From Klebsiella phage vB_KpM_FBKp24: a stretch of DNA of 64,000 bases. A program made the translations under genes and the position numbers. The notes below the pieces were generated by a model that did not search any database, was not told the DNA's origin, and worked only from the letters and a program-made list of their open reading frames with translations. Below, piece by piece: positions 48,733-57,814 of the stretch; position 1 is the first letter of the stretch, and every line of letters starts with the position of its first letter. The stretch lies in sequence record MW394391.1. One strand, written 5' to 3'.

Positions 48733-49902
48733 TTAAAGAAAACTGGTTTTGGTCAATTTTGCCATTTCAACGGTATTTTCCCAGTTGAGTGCTTCCGCCA
48801 AAGTAACGTCCTTACGGCCGTTAAAATCTACAGGTGGGTAATTTACAGCAGCGCGTGCACGGTTGGCTTCTTCTGGGGACAGTGATCTGAATGGCAACGC
48901 TTTGAATAATCGTCCGGGACGAATAATCGCATCGTCTACGCCTTTAAGGTTCAGAATATTAGTCGAGATAATAAATTTGACGTTACCAGAAGTAATCCCT
49001 TCTACTGCGTTCAATAACCCAGACATCAGGCTATTGCCACTTTCACGTCGTTCAAGCATAACTTGTTGGTCTTCGGTAATAAACCACGAACCATCATCGA
49101 GATCATGAAGGTAGGGAATAAGACCGGGAGAAGTCAGAACATCGGTCGTATCTGCGACGATGATGTTGTCTTGCTTTTGTTGGTTTTTCCAACGTATCAT
49201 TTCTCGAATGAATTGGCTCTTACCCAAACCAGGCGCACCATATAACACCAATACATTGTTATTGGATTTATCAAACGCCTCCGCTAATTCCGCCGGGGAA
49301 GTTGATAAATAAGGCCAAAAGCCGGTATAATCGTTTATCGTTCTTTTTGACTCTAGGCGTTTATTACGACCTACCACCGCTTTATTAACATTTAACGAAA
49401 GACGCCCTACGGTTTCCGGGAGAGGGGCAGTAAAGAAAGCAGAGACAATGTCGACAAACCCCTGGCATATCTCCTCAGGGCCATAGCAGTTTACAAAGTT
49501 TTCTGAAATGCCCGATCCGAAATAAAGCATTCCGATAATTTTACCACGATTATTCGCAAGGAGAAAACTCCCTGGTATAATTTCGGTGTGCGTGAAAACA
49601 TTAAACTCCTTCAAGTAATCTTTTAACGGACCGCCAATAAGACTATCTACTGCGCGATTTAATTCGCGTTGATTACCAACCAGCCAAAACCCTTTTCGCG
49701 AGAATGCCATCGGGCGGTTATTGACGCCTAAGAAAAGACGTATTGCCTTTTTAACAGCTTCATTGGAGTTACGTACATCAGCAGAAATACGACAAAATAT
49801 ATCGAAGAATTCCATCATCTCTTCTTTGAGTTTACCGCTATCTGCATGAGAGTTAGAGGAAAGACTTTTGGTGTAGCTATCGTTTTTACTTTCATTGGCC
49901 AT
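48733..49902 (-). CDS. classical AAA+ ATPase (paralog A)
   Basis: Walker A LYGAPGLGKSQ, Walker B-like WFITEDQ, sensor 1 plus second region of homology FIISTNILNLKGVDDAIIRPGRLF. Confidence 0.7.
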   Translation of the reverse strand: MANESKNDSYTKSLSSNSHADSGKLKEEMMEFFDIFCRISADVRNSNEAVKKAIRLFLGVNNRPMAFSRKGFWLVGNQRELNRAVDSLIGGPLKDYLKEFNVFTHTEIIPGSFLLANNRGKIIGMLYFGSGISENFVNCYGPEEICQGFVDIVSAFFTAPLPETVGRLSLNVNKAVVGRNKRLESKRTINDYTGFWPYLSTSPAELAEAFDKSNNNVLVLYGAPGLGKSQFIREMIRWKNQQKQDNIIVADTTDVLTSPGLIPYLHDLDDGSWFITEDQQVMLERRESGNSLMSGLLNAVEGITSGNVKFIISTNILNLKGVDDAIIRPGRLFKALPFRSLSPEEANRARAAVNYPPVDFNGRKDVTLAEALNWENTVEMAKLTKTSFL

Positions 49903-50009
49903 TTAAAGAACTCCTTAGTGTATTAGATTAATTTATTGACAGGTACAACCACCGGAGAAAATGCTCTGGTAGCATTTCTCACAAATGACATCTTCTATTT
50001 TCAGAATGA

Positions 50010-50375
50010 TCATTTCTTCCCTCGCGTCGAAGGTTTCTTACCGCCGATGACCGTGACCGTAATCTCTTTACTGGAAAGATAGTTATCGACGTTCGCCATC
50101 TCTTTAACCAGATCTTTATCGGAACCTGCAGATACCCGTGCCGTTTCTTTGTCGTAAGCAATCACGGCATCGACATCATCCACGGGACATTCAAGGACAA
50201 ATGCAATCTCTTCATTAGAGAGTCCCCTACTGCGTAATACGGTCGGGGAAACGGGCGCGCTGAATGCAGGGAAAAGCGATTCGCGTTCCAGAGAACGCGC
50301 TAGGTTATATGCTTGCCGATCAAGTGAATTAAAATACGTCTTTCGTGCCATTTCATTAAGTCTCCTTAAGTTCAT
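50010..50375 (-). CDS. hypothetical protein between the two AAA+ genes (121 aa)
   Basis: ORF. Confidence 0.45.
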   Translation of the reverse strand: MNLRRLNEMARKTYFNSLDRQAYNLARSLERESLFPAFSAPVSPTVLRSRGLSNEEIAFVLECPVDDVDAVIAYDKETARVSAGSDKDLVKEMANVDNYLSSKEITVTVIGGKKPSTRGKK

Positions 50376-50404
50376 TCACTGTTGTGATATAGACGTGAAA
50401 AAGA

Positions 50405-50428
50405 AACGAGAGGGGTTTCCCTCTCGTT
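50405..50428 (-). terminator. terminator-like hairpin between AAA+ paralogs
   Basis: Hairpin aacgagaggg-gttt-ccctctcgtt followed on the minus strand by tctttttcac. Confidence 0.6.
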
Positions 50429-50437
50429 TTCTGTCGA

Positions 50438-51706
50438 TTAGCGGCTGATGAAACCGCCTTGTTTGATTTCGCTCTGCAGCGCTTGATACGCTTCCCAGTT
50501 TAACGCCTCTGCTAAACTGAGTTTAGACACGCTACCGAAATCAATCGGAAGATGTCCGACTGCGGCACGCGCGGCGTTCGCTTGGTCAGGGGTTAACGAT
50601 TTAAACGGAATGACGCGTAACGTGCGGCCGGGACGATATAGCGCGTGATCAACGTCTTTCAGCGAGGTGATGTTAGTTGAGATAATGAACTTGACATTAC
50701 CGGAAGTAATTCCTTCGGCAGCATTCAGAATCCCTGCCATCAGACTGTTACCCATATCGCGAGCTTCGATCATCTCGTGGGCGTCTTCGGTCACTAACCA
50801 ACTGTTACTGGCCATGTCGTGAACGTAGGGCGTAAACTGTGGTGATTTGAACACTGGGTTGTCATCGCAGACAAATACCGTACCATGAGAGTTCGCGTCT
50901 TTCCATTTGATCATCTCAGCGATATATTGACTCTTACCTAACCCTGGTTCACCGTAAAGAATCAGTACGTTGGAGTCACTGGCTTCAAACTCCGCTGCCA
51001 TCTCACGGGGTGGTTTTGGTGCGAAGGGCCAAAAGGCTTTTGGGTCAGTCACAGGGCGCCGCTGTTTCAGTGTTTTATACTGACTTTGGATACCACCATT
51101 ACCACCTAAAAAGAGCCGGCGGATAGAAATACTCTTCTCTTTACATTGGAAACTACAGAAGATATCTTTGAGGATTTTCCCGATCGATAAGTCACCAACG
51201 TAATGAAATAGTTGTTGGCTACCGTTATCGTCCAGCTGGCAGGCCCCTACGATTTTATCCTCGCGGAAGATAAAGAAACTCCTGTGACTTAATGACTCAG
51301 TATAGATTCCGTACCGATTCATTTTGTCCAAGAAAAGTTTCAGTACTTCCATTTCAAATTGAAAGACTGCGTCGCCAAAAGGACGTTCGTAGTTAATGAA
51401 CGTGTAAATACGCACTGCTTCTCTTTCAACCTGTTGAAAGAAACGCAATAATAGTACCTGGTTATTTAAATTATCACTAACACGTTCTGGGGAGGGGTAA
51501 AGTCCTTTAAAGATCAGACTGTGGAATCGTTTAATTTCTTCGTACTTTTTAGCGCGAGACGTTTCACTGAGCGGTGGGTAATCTAATAATAGCTCATGGA
51601 AGATCGCAGTACGAGAAGCCAACTCAGTATCATTCCCTTCTTCGATTTCTTCTTCCCATGGCGCTGGGGCTTCTTCTAATGCTTCACGAATAGCTTGTAA
51701 GGACAT
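50438..51706 (-). CDS. classical AAA+ ATPase (paralog B)
   Basis: Walker A LYGEPGLGKSQ, WLVTEDAHE, FIISTNITSLKDVDHALYRPGRTL. The C-terminal 200 aa is about 55-60 % identical by eye to paralog A, while the N-terminal domains differ. Confidence 0.7.
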   Translation of the reverse strand: MSLQAIREALEEAPAPWEEEIEEGNDTELASRTAIFHELLLDYPPLSETSRAKKYEEIKRFHSLIFKGLYPSPERVSDNLNNQVLLLRFFQQVEREAVRIYTFINYERPFGDAVFQFEMEVLKLFLDKMNRYGIYTESLSHRSFFIFREDKIVGACQLDDNGSQQLFHYVGDLSIGKILKDIFCSFQCKEKSISIRRLFLGGNGGIQSQYKTLKQRRPVTDPKAFWPFAPKPPREMAAEFEASDSNVLILYGEPGLGKSQYIAEMIKWKDANSHGTVFVCDDNPVFKSPQFTPYVHDMASNSWLVTEDAHEMIEARDMGNSLMAGILNAAEGITSGNVKFIISTNITSLKDVDHALYRPGRTLRVIPFKSLTPDQANAARAAVGHLPIDFGSVSKLSLAEALNWEAYQALQSEIKQGGFISR

Positions 51707-51734
51707 TTAATGACTCCTTGAATGAAAAATGGAT

Positions 51735-52370
51735 TTATTTAATGGGGACTAATACGGGATGATTCTCTACTTTGCTGATTAACTGCGCTTTCGTTTTCTT
51801 ATTGCCTATCATAGCGTTTCCTTTACCGGAAACAAACTTCACAAATCCCTCGCCTGTTCTCAACTGGTTGAATATTACCCTGCCTTGTCTTTCGATAAAA
51901 CGACGGTCTTCCCCTAAGGCTTTATTATCGAGTTCACCTGCAACGAATTGTAACCCAAATTGATTCCCTTTGAATAATTTATTGTTACCCGATTTAAGAT
52001 AAGGAAAGTCCCCGCCGAATCCCGTTTCATCGACGTATTTAATGGAAGAAATAATGACTCTACTAGCACGTCCTTTGTCGACTGCTTTATGAATCAACCG
52101 CACGATGTCATCAGCGAGCGTTTTCCAATTGTAAGGGTACAAGTTTCCATGGAAATAAATCCCAATCAGCTGCGACAACTCCCCCTGAGTATTGATCGCC
52201 ATCAATCCGTCAAATTCACGGACTTTGTGCATATCGCTGGTAAGGCTGACAATCGGTCTTTCGCCGAAGTACATACTCGCCTGGGTCAACTCCCCGTGTT
52301 TCCCTACCGACCCAACCAACGTTTGTTTCTTATCCGTGTAACAAAAGTTTGTACTCAACACTCTTGACAT
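51735..52370 (-). CDS. hypothetical protein (211 aa)
   Basis: ORF. Confidence 0.5.
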   Translation of the reverse strand: MSRVLSTNFCYTDKKQTLVGSVGKHGELTQASMYFGERPIVSLTSDMHKVREFDGLMAINTQGELSQLIGIYFHGNLYPYNWKTLADDIVRLIHKAVDKGRASRVIISSIKYVDETGFGGDFPYLKSGNNKLFKGNQFGLQFVAGELDNKALGEDRRFIERQGRVIFNQLRTGEGFVKFVSGKGNAMIGNKKTKAQLISKVENHPVLVPIK

Positions 52371-52385
52371 TCCTTCCCTCCCGAT

Positions 52386-52757
52386 TTAAAACAATAACCC
52401 TAACGCAATGCCAACAACAGTACCAGCAACACTACCAATGACTATACCGACTAATACAGGTCGGAATACCTTTTTCAAAGCATTAGAACGCGCTCTATTG
52501 CGCTCTAAGCGTTCTTTCTCCGCCTCCCTTAGTTCTTCCTGTTCTTTCGCATTTAACCTATCAGCGTGAGCCTGAGCGTCTTCTGCGGACTCATAGATCG
52601 TGATAGTCCGACAGCCGAATTGGTCGGTCTCACGGGTATAACGATATTCGTCATCGTACCACGTAGACTTTCGATCCATCGGTAGATCGTTAATCGACAA
52701 GAGGTAGTTATCGTACATCACGACATAGCCATTTTTGTATCGATCGATTCCGTACAT
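52386..52757 (-). CDS. C-terminally membrane-anchored protein (123 aa)
   Basis: Charged coiled region followed by a C-terminal TM segment VLVGIVIGSVAGTVVGIALGLLF. Confidence 0.5.
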   Translation of the reverse strand: MYGIDRYKNGYVVMYDNYLLSINDLPMDRKSTWYDDEYRYTRETDQFGCRTITIYESAEDAQAHADRLNAKEQEELREAEKERLERNRARSNALKKVFRPVLVGIVIGSVAGTVVGIALGLLF

Positions 52758-52767
52758 TTTATCTCTC

Positions 52768-53118
52768 TTAATGTTTTCTTAGGGAGTTTGGCTGAGGGTC
52801 CGCGTATTTAAAAACAAGTAATTCCTCACCGTCGCGTTTAAAGAAGGGACGGAGAACCATAGTCCCTTCTTCATTATTCACCACAGTGAAAATTAACGCT
52901 GAAATTCCCCTCCCGCTAATAACTATTGCGGTAATACAATGTTTAAAAGATTCCTCATTCAATTCCTGAAAAGGAATGAGTAGGTAAGATCCTTCTTCCT
53001 CATTAATGGAGATGATACTCTCTCCTGTTTTAATTTCCTCGTATGTATCAGGGTTGTAAAAGTGAAAATCTCCAATTGGTGTACTTATCGAGATGTCTTT
53101 TGTTCTTTCTTTACTCAC
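52768..53118 (-). CDS. hypothetical protein (116 aa)
   Basis: ORF. Confidence 0.45.
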   Translation of the reverse strand: MSKERTKDISISTPIGDFHFYNPDTYEEIKTGESIISINEEEGSYLLIPFQELNEESFKHCITAIVISGRGISALIFTVVNNEEGTMVLRPFFKRDGEELLVFKYADPQPNSLRKH

Positions 53119-53150
53119 TTTTCTTTTCCTCTAAAAACGTCTGAAACTGT

Positions 53151-53555
53151 TTACCAAGGAATGACAGACGGATCTTCCGCTGTGTCAAACGCTCGGTATT
53201 GCGTAATGAACTCTGAAATCCCTTTTGCTACCCTGGCGTTAAAGGTAGCTCTGTCCAGCGAATGATACAGGATGATACTGTCGTCATGCCACCCCTCTTT
53301 ACTTTTCCGTAACCAATCGATAAAGAGACGCAACCCTTCCGCTTTTTCAGACGCCTGAATGAAAACCGTATACTGATCGATGTCTACTGGTTTTTCTTTC
53401 TTTAAACGTAAGAGGTCTTTTTGCAGACGGTCTACGATAAGGTCGTAACGCATCGCAAATTGATCTTCTTGGCTCAATCGATTAAACTCTAGATAAAGTG
53501 AATTTCCCATTGTACTTCCCCTTTTCGCACTGGATAATGTTTCGAGAAATTCCAA
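53151..53555 (-). CDS. hypothetical protein (134 aa, start uncertain)
   Basis: ORF that overlaps the upstream gene by 67 nt. Confidence 0.4.
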   Translation of the reverse strand: MEFLETLSSAKRGSTMGNSLYLEFNRLSQEDQFAMRYDLIVDRLQKDLLRLKKEKPVDIDQYTVFIQASEKAEGLRLFIDWLRKSKEGWHDDSIILYHSLDRATFNARVAKGISEFITQYRAFDTAEDPSVIPW

Positions 53556-53965
53556 TCGATTTCCCTTAAAGGAAATATCGCCGGGTTCTTAAGGTGGTGA
53601 CTAATAGGGTCGCAGTACTCAACGACTAAACCCTGTATTTCGTCTAACGCCGGTTTAATCACCTCTAAAAAGATTTCGGCGCAGATGCTGTAACTTAGTG
53701 ACGTGTCGATCCACAACTTCAATGTTTTTCGATCAAAGGGTTCTAATAGATCAGCTCTATTAGTGACGACGACAATACGCTCCAAGACTTTGAATTCATT
53801 AACGTCAAGTTCAACGTGTTCTTTGATCAGTTGGATCCCTTGATCCAATTCCCAATTACGGGAATAAAACCCTCGTTGAGTCAGGCGATACTGCAGAAGA
53901 GTTAAAATCTTACTTTTCCCAGTCCCGGGCGCACCTACAATTTTAAACGTTACTTTGTCTTTCAT
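53489..53965 (-). CDS. small P-loop NTPase / kinase-like protein
   Basis: Walker A at residue 10, KIVGAPGTGKSKIL. Confidence 0.55.
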   Translation of the reverse strand: MKDKVTFKIVGAPGTGKSKILTLLQYRLTQRGFYSRNWELDQGIQLIKEHVELDVNEFKVLERIVVVTNRADLLEPFDRKTLKLWIDTSLSYSICAEIFLEVIKPALDEIQGLVVEYCDPISHHLKNPAIFPLREIDWNFSKHYPVRKGEVQWEIHFI

Positions 53966-53975
53966 TCCACCCTCC

Positions 53976-54578
53976 TTATTCCAAAAAGACCCCGAAGAAC
54001 CAGCGCTGCTGCGGAGCAGCGTACTGCCCTCTCACTTTCAGGACAGGGACAGAGAATCCCTTTTCCTCAGCCACTGATTTCACTGTTTGAATGATATTTT
54101 CAAATGAGGCTTTCAGGTTCTCGCTTTCCTGCACCCCGTGTTCTGAATTAAACCCTAATACGGAAAGATCCCTTTTAAGAAACTCATCCAGTTTCCAAAC
54201 CTTATCCACATTACCTGTCCCTTCTAGCACCGGTAGATCCTCGGTATTCCGACGACGGATAAACGAGAGGTTCCAGTTCTCTCCTTCCGAGTAGGGGAGA
54301 CTTACGTAATGCGATACGAATACCTCCAGACGGTCTGTCTGTACTCTGGATACGATTCGTTTCTCGACAACCCGTTTAATCTCTTCGACGTCATCCTGTC
54401 GATTGATAAACGCCACCCCAGTACTCAGGATCTCTTCGTTGTAGAGAAACCCTGCTTTCTCAAACACTAACCCCAACCCAGCCACTGTCATCTCTTTCTG
54501 GCAGAAATTCGCAATCAGTTTCTGTTCTGCCAATAAACGGTAAACGTTAGCAGCGTACTCAATAGCGTCTTTGTCCAT
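53976..54578 (-). CDS. hypothetical protein (200 aa)
   Basis: ORF. Confidence 0.5.
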   Translation of the reverse strand: MDKDAIEYAANVYRLLAEQKLIANFCQKEMTVAGLGLVFEKAGFLYNEEILSTGVAFINRQDDVEEIKRVVEKRIVSRVQTDRLEVFVSHYVSLPYSEGENWNLSFIRRRNTEDLPVLEGTGNVDKVWKLDEFLKRDLSVLGFNSEHGVQESENLKASFENIIQTVKSVAEEKGFSVPVLKVRGQYAAPQQRWFFGVFLE

Positions 54579-54618
54579 TCTGGAATTCCTCTAGGTTAAA
54601 TTGAAAAACGTTAACGGA

Positions 54619-55023
54619 TTATTTCAACCATTCGGCTTTTGTTTTCTTCAGCAGCTGACTGATCCTGGCTTCAGAGAGACCAAAGTCAATGGCAATCGTT
54701 TTATTCGGTACTCCTTTAAAATGGAGTTTCAATACCTCCAATTCCTGATAGGCTTTCAATCCTACTTTAATCTCTTCAAGGAGGTTTTGCTTTTCTTTAG
54801 TTGACGGTTTCTTGTTCTGAAGATCATTCACTGCTTCAGCTACCTTACTCAATAGCTTAGCAGAACCTACTACCAGTTTATTCTCAATCTTATTCAATTC
54901 CAATTGATACGTATTTTTCATTTCTCCCTCCTCAAGATGCATAATCCCAGAGGAGAGTGTAGAACTCTCTCTCCAGGAATGTTGATTCGTTCTCTTCACG
55001 GATAATGTCAAGGTCAACGACAA
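54619..55023 (-). CDS. helix-turn-helix DNA-binding regulator (sigma-region-4 / LuxR-like HTH at C-terminus)
   Basis: C-terminal NKTIAIDFGLSEARISQLLKKTK. Confidence 0.5.
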   Translation of the reverse strand: MSLTLTLSVKRTNQHSWRESSTLSSGIMHLEEGEMKNTYQLELNKIENKLVVGSAKLLSKVAEAVNDLQNKKPSTKEKQNLLEEIKVGLKAYQELEVLKLHFKGVPNKTIAIDFGLSEARISQLLKKTKAEWLK

Positions 55024-55252
55024 GCGTAATCTTCATTTCAATCAGATTACTTGAAGGAGTATTACTCCCTTACGCTACTCTCTTTTCCTTAACCGTTTCA
55101 GTCACTCTGTTCCTTCACTCTAAGGAAGAGTAGCTGCAGTACGTAATAGTCACACGTGTTCGACTGGATTAACTTAAAACCCCCCTCCCCAAATCCGTCT
55201 TAATTTAGTAGAGTATTTCCAAGCCAATTCCAGTCAATTATTTCGTTACGAT

Positions 55253-55275
55253 TCACATACTAATGACATATGTGA
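55253..55275. promoter_or_regulatory. inverted repeat (candidate operator) in the 260-nt intergenic region upstream of the HTH gene
   Basis: TCACATA-n9-TATGTGA within the ORF-free 55024-55282. Confidence 0.3.
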
Positions 55276-55282
55276 AAAAAGA

Positions 55283-56239
55283 TTAATCGGGTAACTTCTT
55301 AGTAAACTGGTAACGGAATAACTCCGTTTCAATAATGGGGAAGTAAGAACGATTCCGATATTCCAACAAAATCAGATTATGGTAAAATATCGCTTTCTTA
55401 AACTCCGCATCTGATTGTTTACTGGTACGAAATTGATACAGAGAAGGGCGATCGTTATACCCTCGACCCAAGGAAACAATCAGATTAATGAGCTTCTCTT
55501 GAGTGTCTATTCCGTCCAGAGATTCACAATGATCAAAATAGCTTTTATAAACATTATCAGACGGGTCTAAGACGAACCGATAGAAATTAAATCCCGAATG
55601 TCTAATGGTCAGTTGGTATTGTTCTGGACATTTAAAAACCTCTTGAACTGAAACTCCCGTAAGGAATTCTTCGTCTACTGAATCAGCATCAGTAGTGAGT
55701 AGCTCAACAACAGATTCTTCGGGTGATAAGGCTGCTAACTGACGATCCTTAGTCCCTTGAATATTAGCAATGACCGCCTCCAGTTCAGGGTCTTTTGGTC
55801 GTGCCAATAATCCCACATCGATACCAGCCCCAGAATGAATCCCTCCCCCTGTCTTTAACTCGAGAATCATATTTTTTATCTGCTGTCGTGAATACGTCGT
55901 TAATGTCGTATCATCGTAAAACAACTGCCTATGACAATATTCCGCTTCAGCAAAAGCGTTAAGTAAACCAATGAGAGCATTGATATTCTCCTCATTTTTG
56001 TCAGTAGCGTTGAACGGTGCTGATACCACGATATTAGGGCGAAAGAAAAGGTCGCCAGGTAACCGCACTAATGTCCCGCTATTCAGTCCATTGAACTGAA
56101 TACCTAACCGATCAAATCGGTTTATCCAAGGACACCCCTTGGCATTGGTCAATGCAATTCGGAGATTTTGTTCCGGGAAATAATGGTCTAATGTTTTACC
56201 GTCAGAGGTGTCTACGACCCGATACAGAACTTTTTTCAT
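55283..56239 (-). CDS. hypothetical protein (318 aa)
   Basis: ORF. Confidence 0.55.
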   Translation of the reverse strand: MKKVLYRVVDTSDGKTLDHYFPEQNLRIALTNAKGCPWINRFDRLGIQFNGLNSGTLVRLPGDLFFRPNIVVSAPFNATDKNEENINALIGLLNAFAEAEYCHRQLFYDDTTLTTYSRQQIKNMILELKTGGGIHSGAGIDVGLLARPKDPELEAVIANIQGTKDRQLAALSPEESVVELLTTDADSVDEEFLTGVSVQEVFKCPEQYQLTIRHSGFNFYRFVLDPSDNVYKSYFDHCESLDGIDTQEKLINLIVSLGRGYNDRPSLYQFRTSKQSDAEFKKAIFYHNLILLEYRNRSYFPIIETELFRYQFTKKLPD

Positions 56240-56499
56240 TTCCTATCTCCCCCACCCAAGTACTTCAAGTTAGCAACAAAACCGCTCTTGGCTAATGACG
56301 ACAAATCCTTCTGACCGATCAGACGAAGAAAGGTACGGTTAACTACCGCGTTAGCTCGTATACCTACCGGGAGTTTACCTATCTCCCGTAAAGCGAGTTT
56401 GATACGCGTACGGAACGTTTTACACAGATTTTCATCAAAACGTGCAATCGCCTTTACTTCTGCCTCAATGACTTTCATGTTCATTCTCTTTCTCCTCAA
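56236..56499 (-). CDS. hypothetical protein (87 aa)
   Basis: ORF coupled by ATGA. Confidence 0.45.
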   Translation of the reverse strand: MRRKRMNMKVIEAEVKAIARFDENLCKTFRTRIKLALREIGKLPVGIRANAVVNRTFLRLIGQKDLSSLAKSGFVANLKYLGGGDRK

Positions 56500-56509
56500 A
56501 TTACTGTTA

Positions 56510-56875
56510 TCAGTGTTTCGTTAATAAAGGTAAAAGTTCCTCTGGGAACTCTGCTAAGGGGCGTTTCTCGCCGTCACTTCTCATGGCCACGGGAAAACCT
56601 TGTTGACTATACCCCACTACCTTAACGAGACAAATACTTGAAACGTGCCCCGCTTCAAAAACGGTTCCGTTCTTCGCCAGCCAATACTCGATAATCGTTT
56701 TCTCAGTAAAGAAATCTTTAGCCGTTGTGAGAAAACACTCAGGCGCCTCCGTATGCGTTTTAAATACTACAAGGTAATATTTATCGATTAACAGCTGATC
56801 GATGCTTAGAGAGACGTTCAGAAACGATTCAGGTCGTTTTAACTGTGTCTCGGTAATGTCAATGGAAACTTTCAC
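56510..56875 (-). CDS. hypothetical protein (121 aa)
   Basis: ORF. Confidence 0.45.
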   Translation of the reverse strand: MKVSIDITETQLKRPESFLNVSLSIDQLLIDKYYLVVFKTHTEAPECFLTTAKDFFTEKTIIEYWLAKNGTVFEAGHVSSICLVKVVGYSQQGFPVAMRSDGEKRPLAEFPEELLPLLTKH

Positions 56876-56890
56876 ACGGTGTCCCCTTGG

Positions 56891-57337
56891 TTAGAAATAC
56901 AAATGAATATCCACTAAAGATACCCCTAAAACCTCATCGGTCATACGACGAACCGTTACCGGGTCTAACTTCCCATTCCCGCACCCCAGATGCGACATCG
57001 CCAATGTATTAATCCCGTAACGTTCTATTGCTACGGCAATGTGTTCCAAACAGCTTTTAACCCATTCGTACCGAGAAGGGTAACGCCAATGGTCTTTAGT
57101 GGCGACGAGTAATAATTTCGTTCCATCTTTCGCGGTCGTGTACCAGCACATACCGGGTTTCCAATACCCTTTCCCGCATTGTTCTTTGTACTTAGAAAAC
57201 ACCTCAGGATGTCGTTGTTTGGCCTCCAGTGCAATGCCTGTACCCATCACCCCTACGCAGTTTACCGTTACGACCTTGACGGAATCTTCTACTTCGTCTT
57301 CGAATAGATTTCCTTTGCGTAATAATATTACCGCCAT
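56891..57337 (-). CDS. macrodomain protein, TARG1/DarG-type ADP-ribosyl hydrolase-like
   Basis: Aligns along its whole length with TARG1-type macrodomains: GNLFE...VNCVGVMGTGIALEAKQRHPEVF (TARG1 [22 protein letters not shown]), VATKDHWRYPS (catalytic Lys region), LAMSHLGCGNGKLD (SMPRIGCGLDRL). Confidence 0.75.
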   Translation of the reverse strand: MAVILLRKGNLFEDEVEDSVKVVTVNCVGVMGTGIALEAKQRHPEVFSKYKEQCGKGYWKPGMCWYTTAKDGTKLLLVATKDHWRYPSRYEWVKSCLEHIAVAIERYGINTLAMSHLGCGNGKLDPVTVRRMTDEVLGVSLVDIHLYF

Positions 57338-57814
57338 GTATTCTTCCCCTTACGCTTTCTGAAATTTTAGAGCATAAATCGCAGCCCTTTACGGACTACG
57401 CTAAATAAAAAATTATTTAATACATAAAAAATGATTGCCCTAAAAGAATAGGTCAACCCCGGGTAATCGGCAAGGATGTCGTTCGGTCCACACGTTCTCG
57501 CTCCGTTCCGTATCCTCTCCCTCTACGAGTGTGAGTCTACTACACTACTCTCGCTCGTGTTCCCCTCTCTCCTCTCTTCTTGCCGATTCCAATTTTGTTC
57601 ATAGAAATATAAGGAATAATTTTTTAAATTTCCAGAGAGGAATGGTAATGACTCTCTCTGAAATCTATCAGATTGAGTAAGCGATTTCTTTACAGGTTAA
57701 ATGTATTTTAACAGTAGAAATAAACTATGTTAAATTTCGATCAGAAATTTTCTCTACACTTACCGTAAGGTATAAGCTTCGCTGTTCGGTATATGTGAAT
57801 AGGCGGCGAGGTGT
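57338..57814. ncRNA. ORF-free structured region, candidate noncoding RNA
   Basis: 477 nt without an ORF of 60 aa or more in a tightly packed genome. A 10-bp inverted repeat aatcggcaag (57465-57474) / cttgccgatt (57579-57588) brackets a pyrimidine-rich CT tract. Confidence 0.3.
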
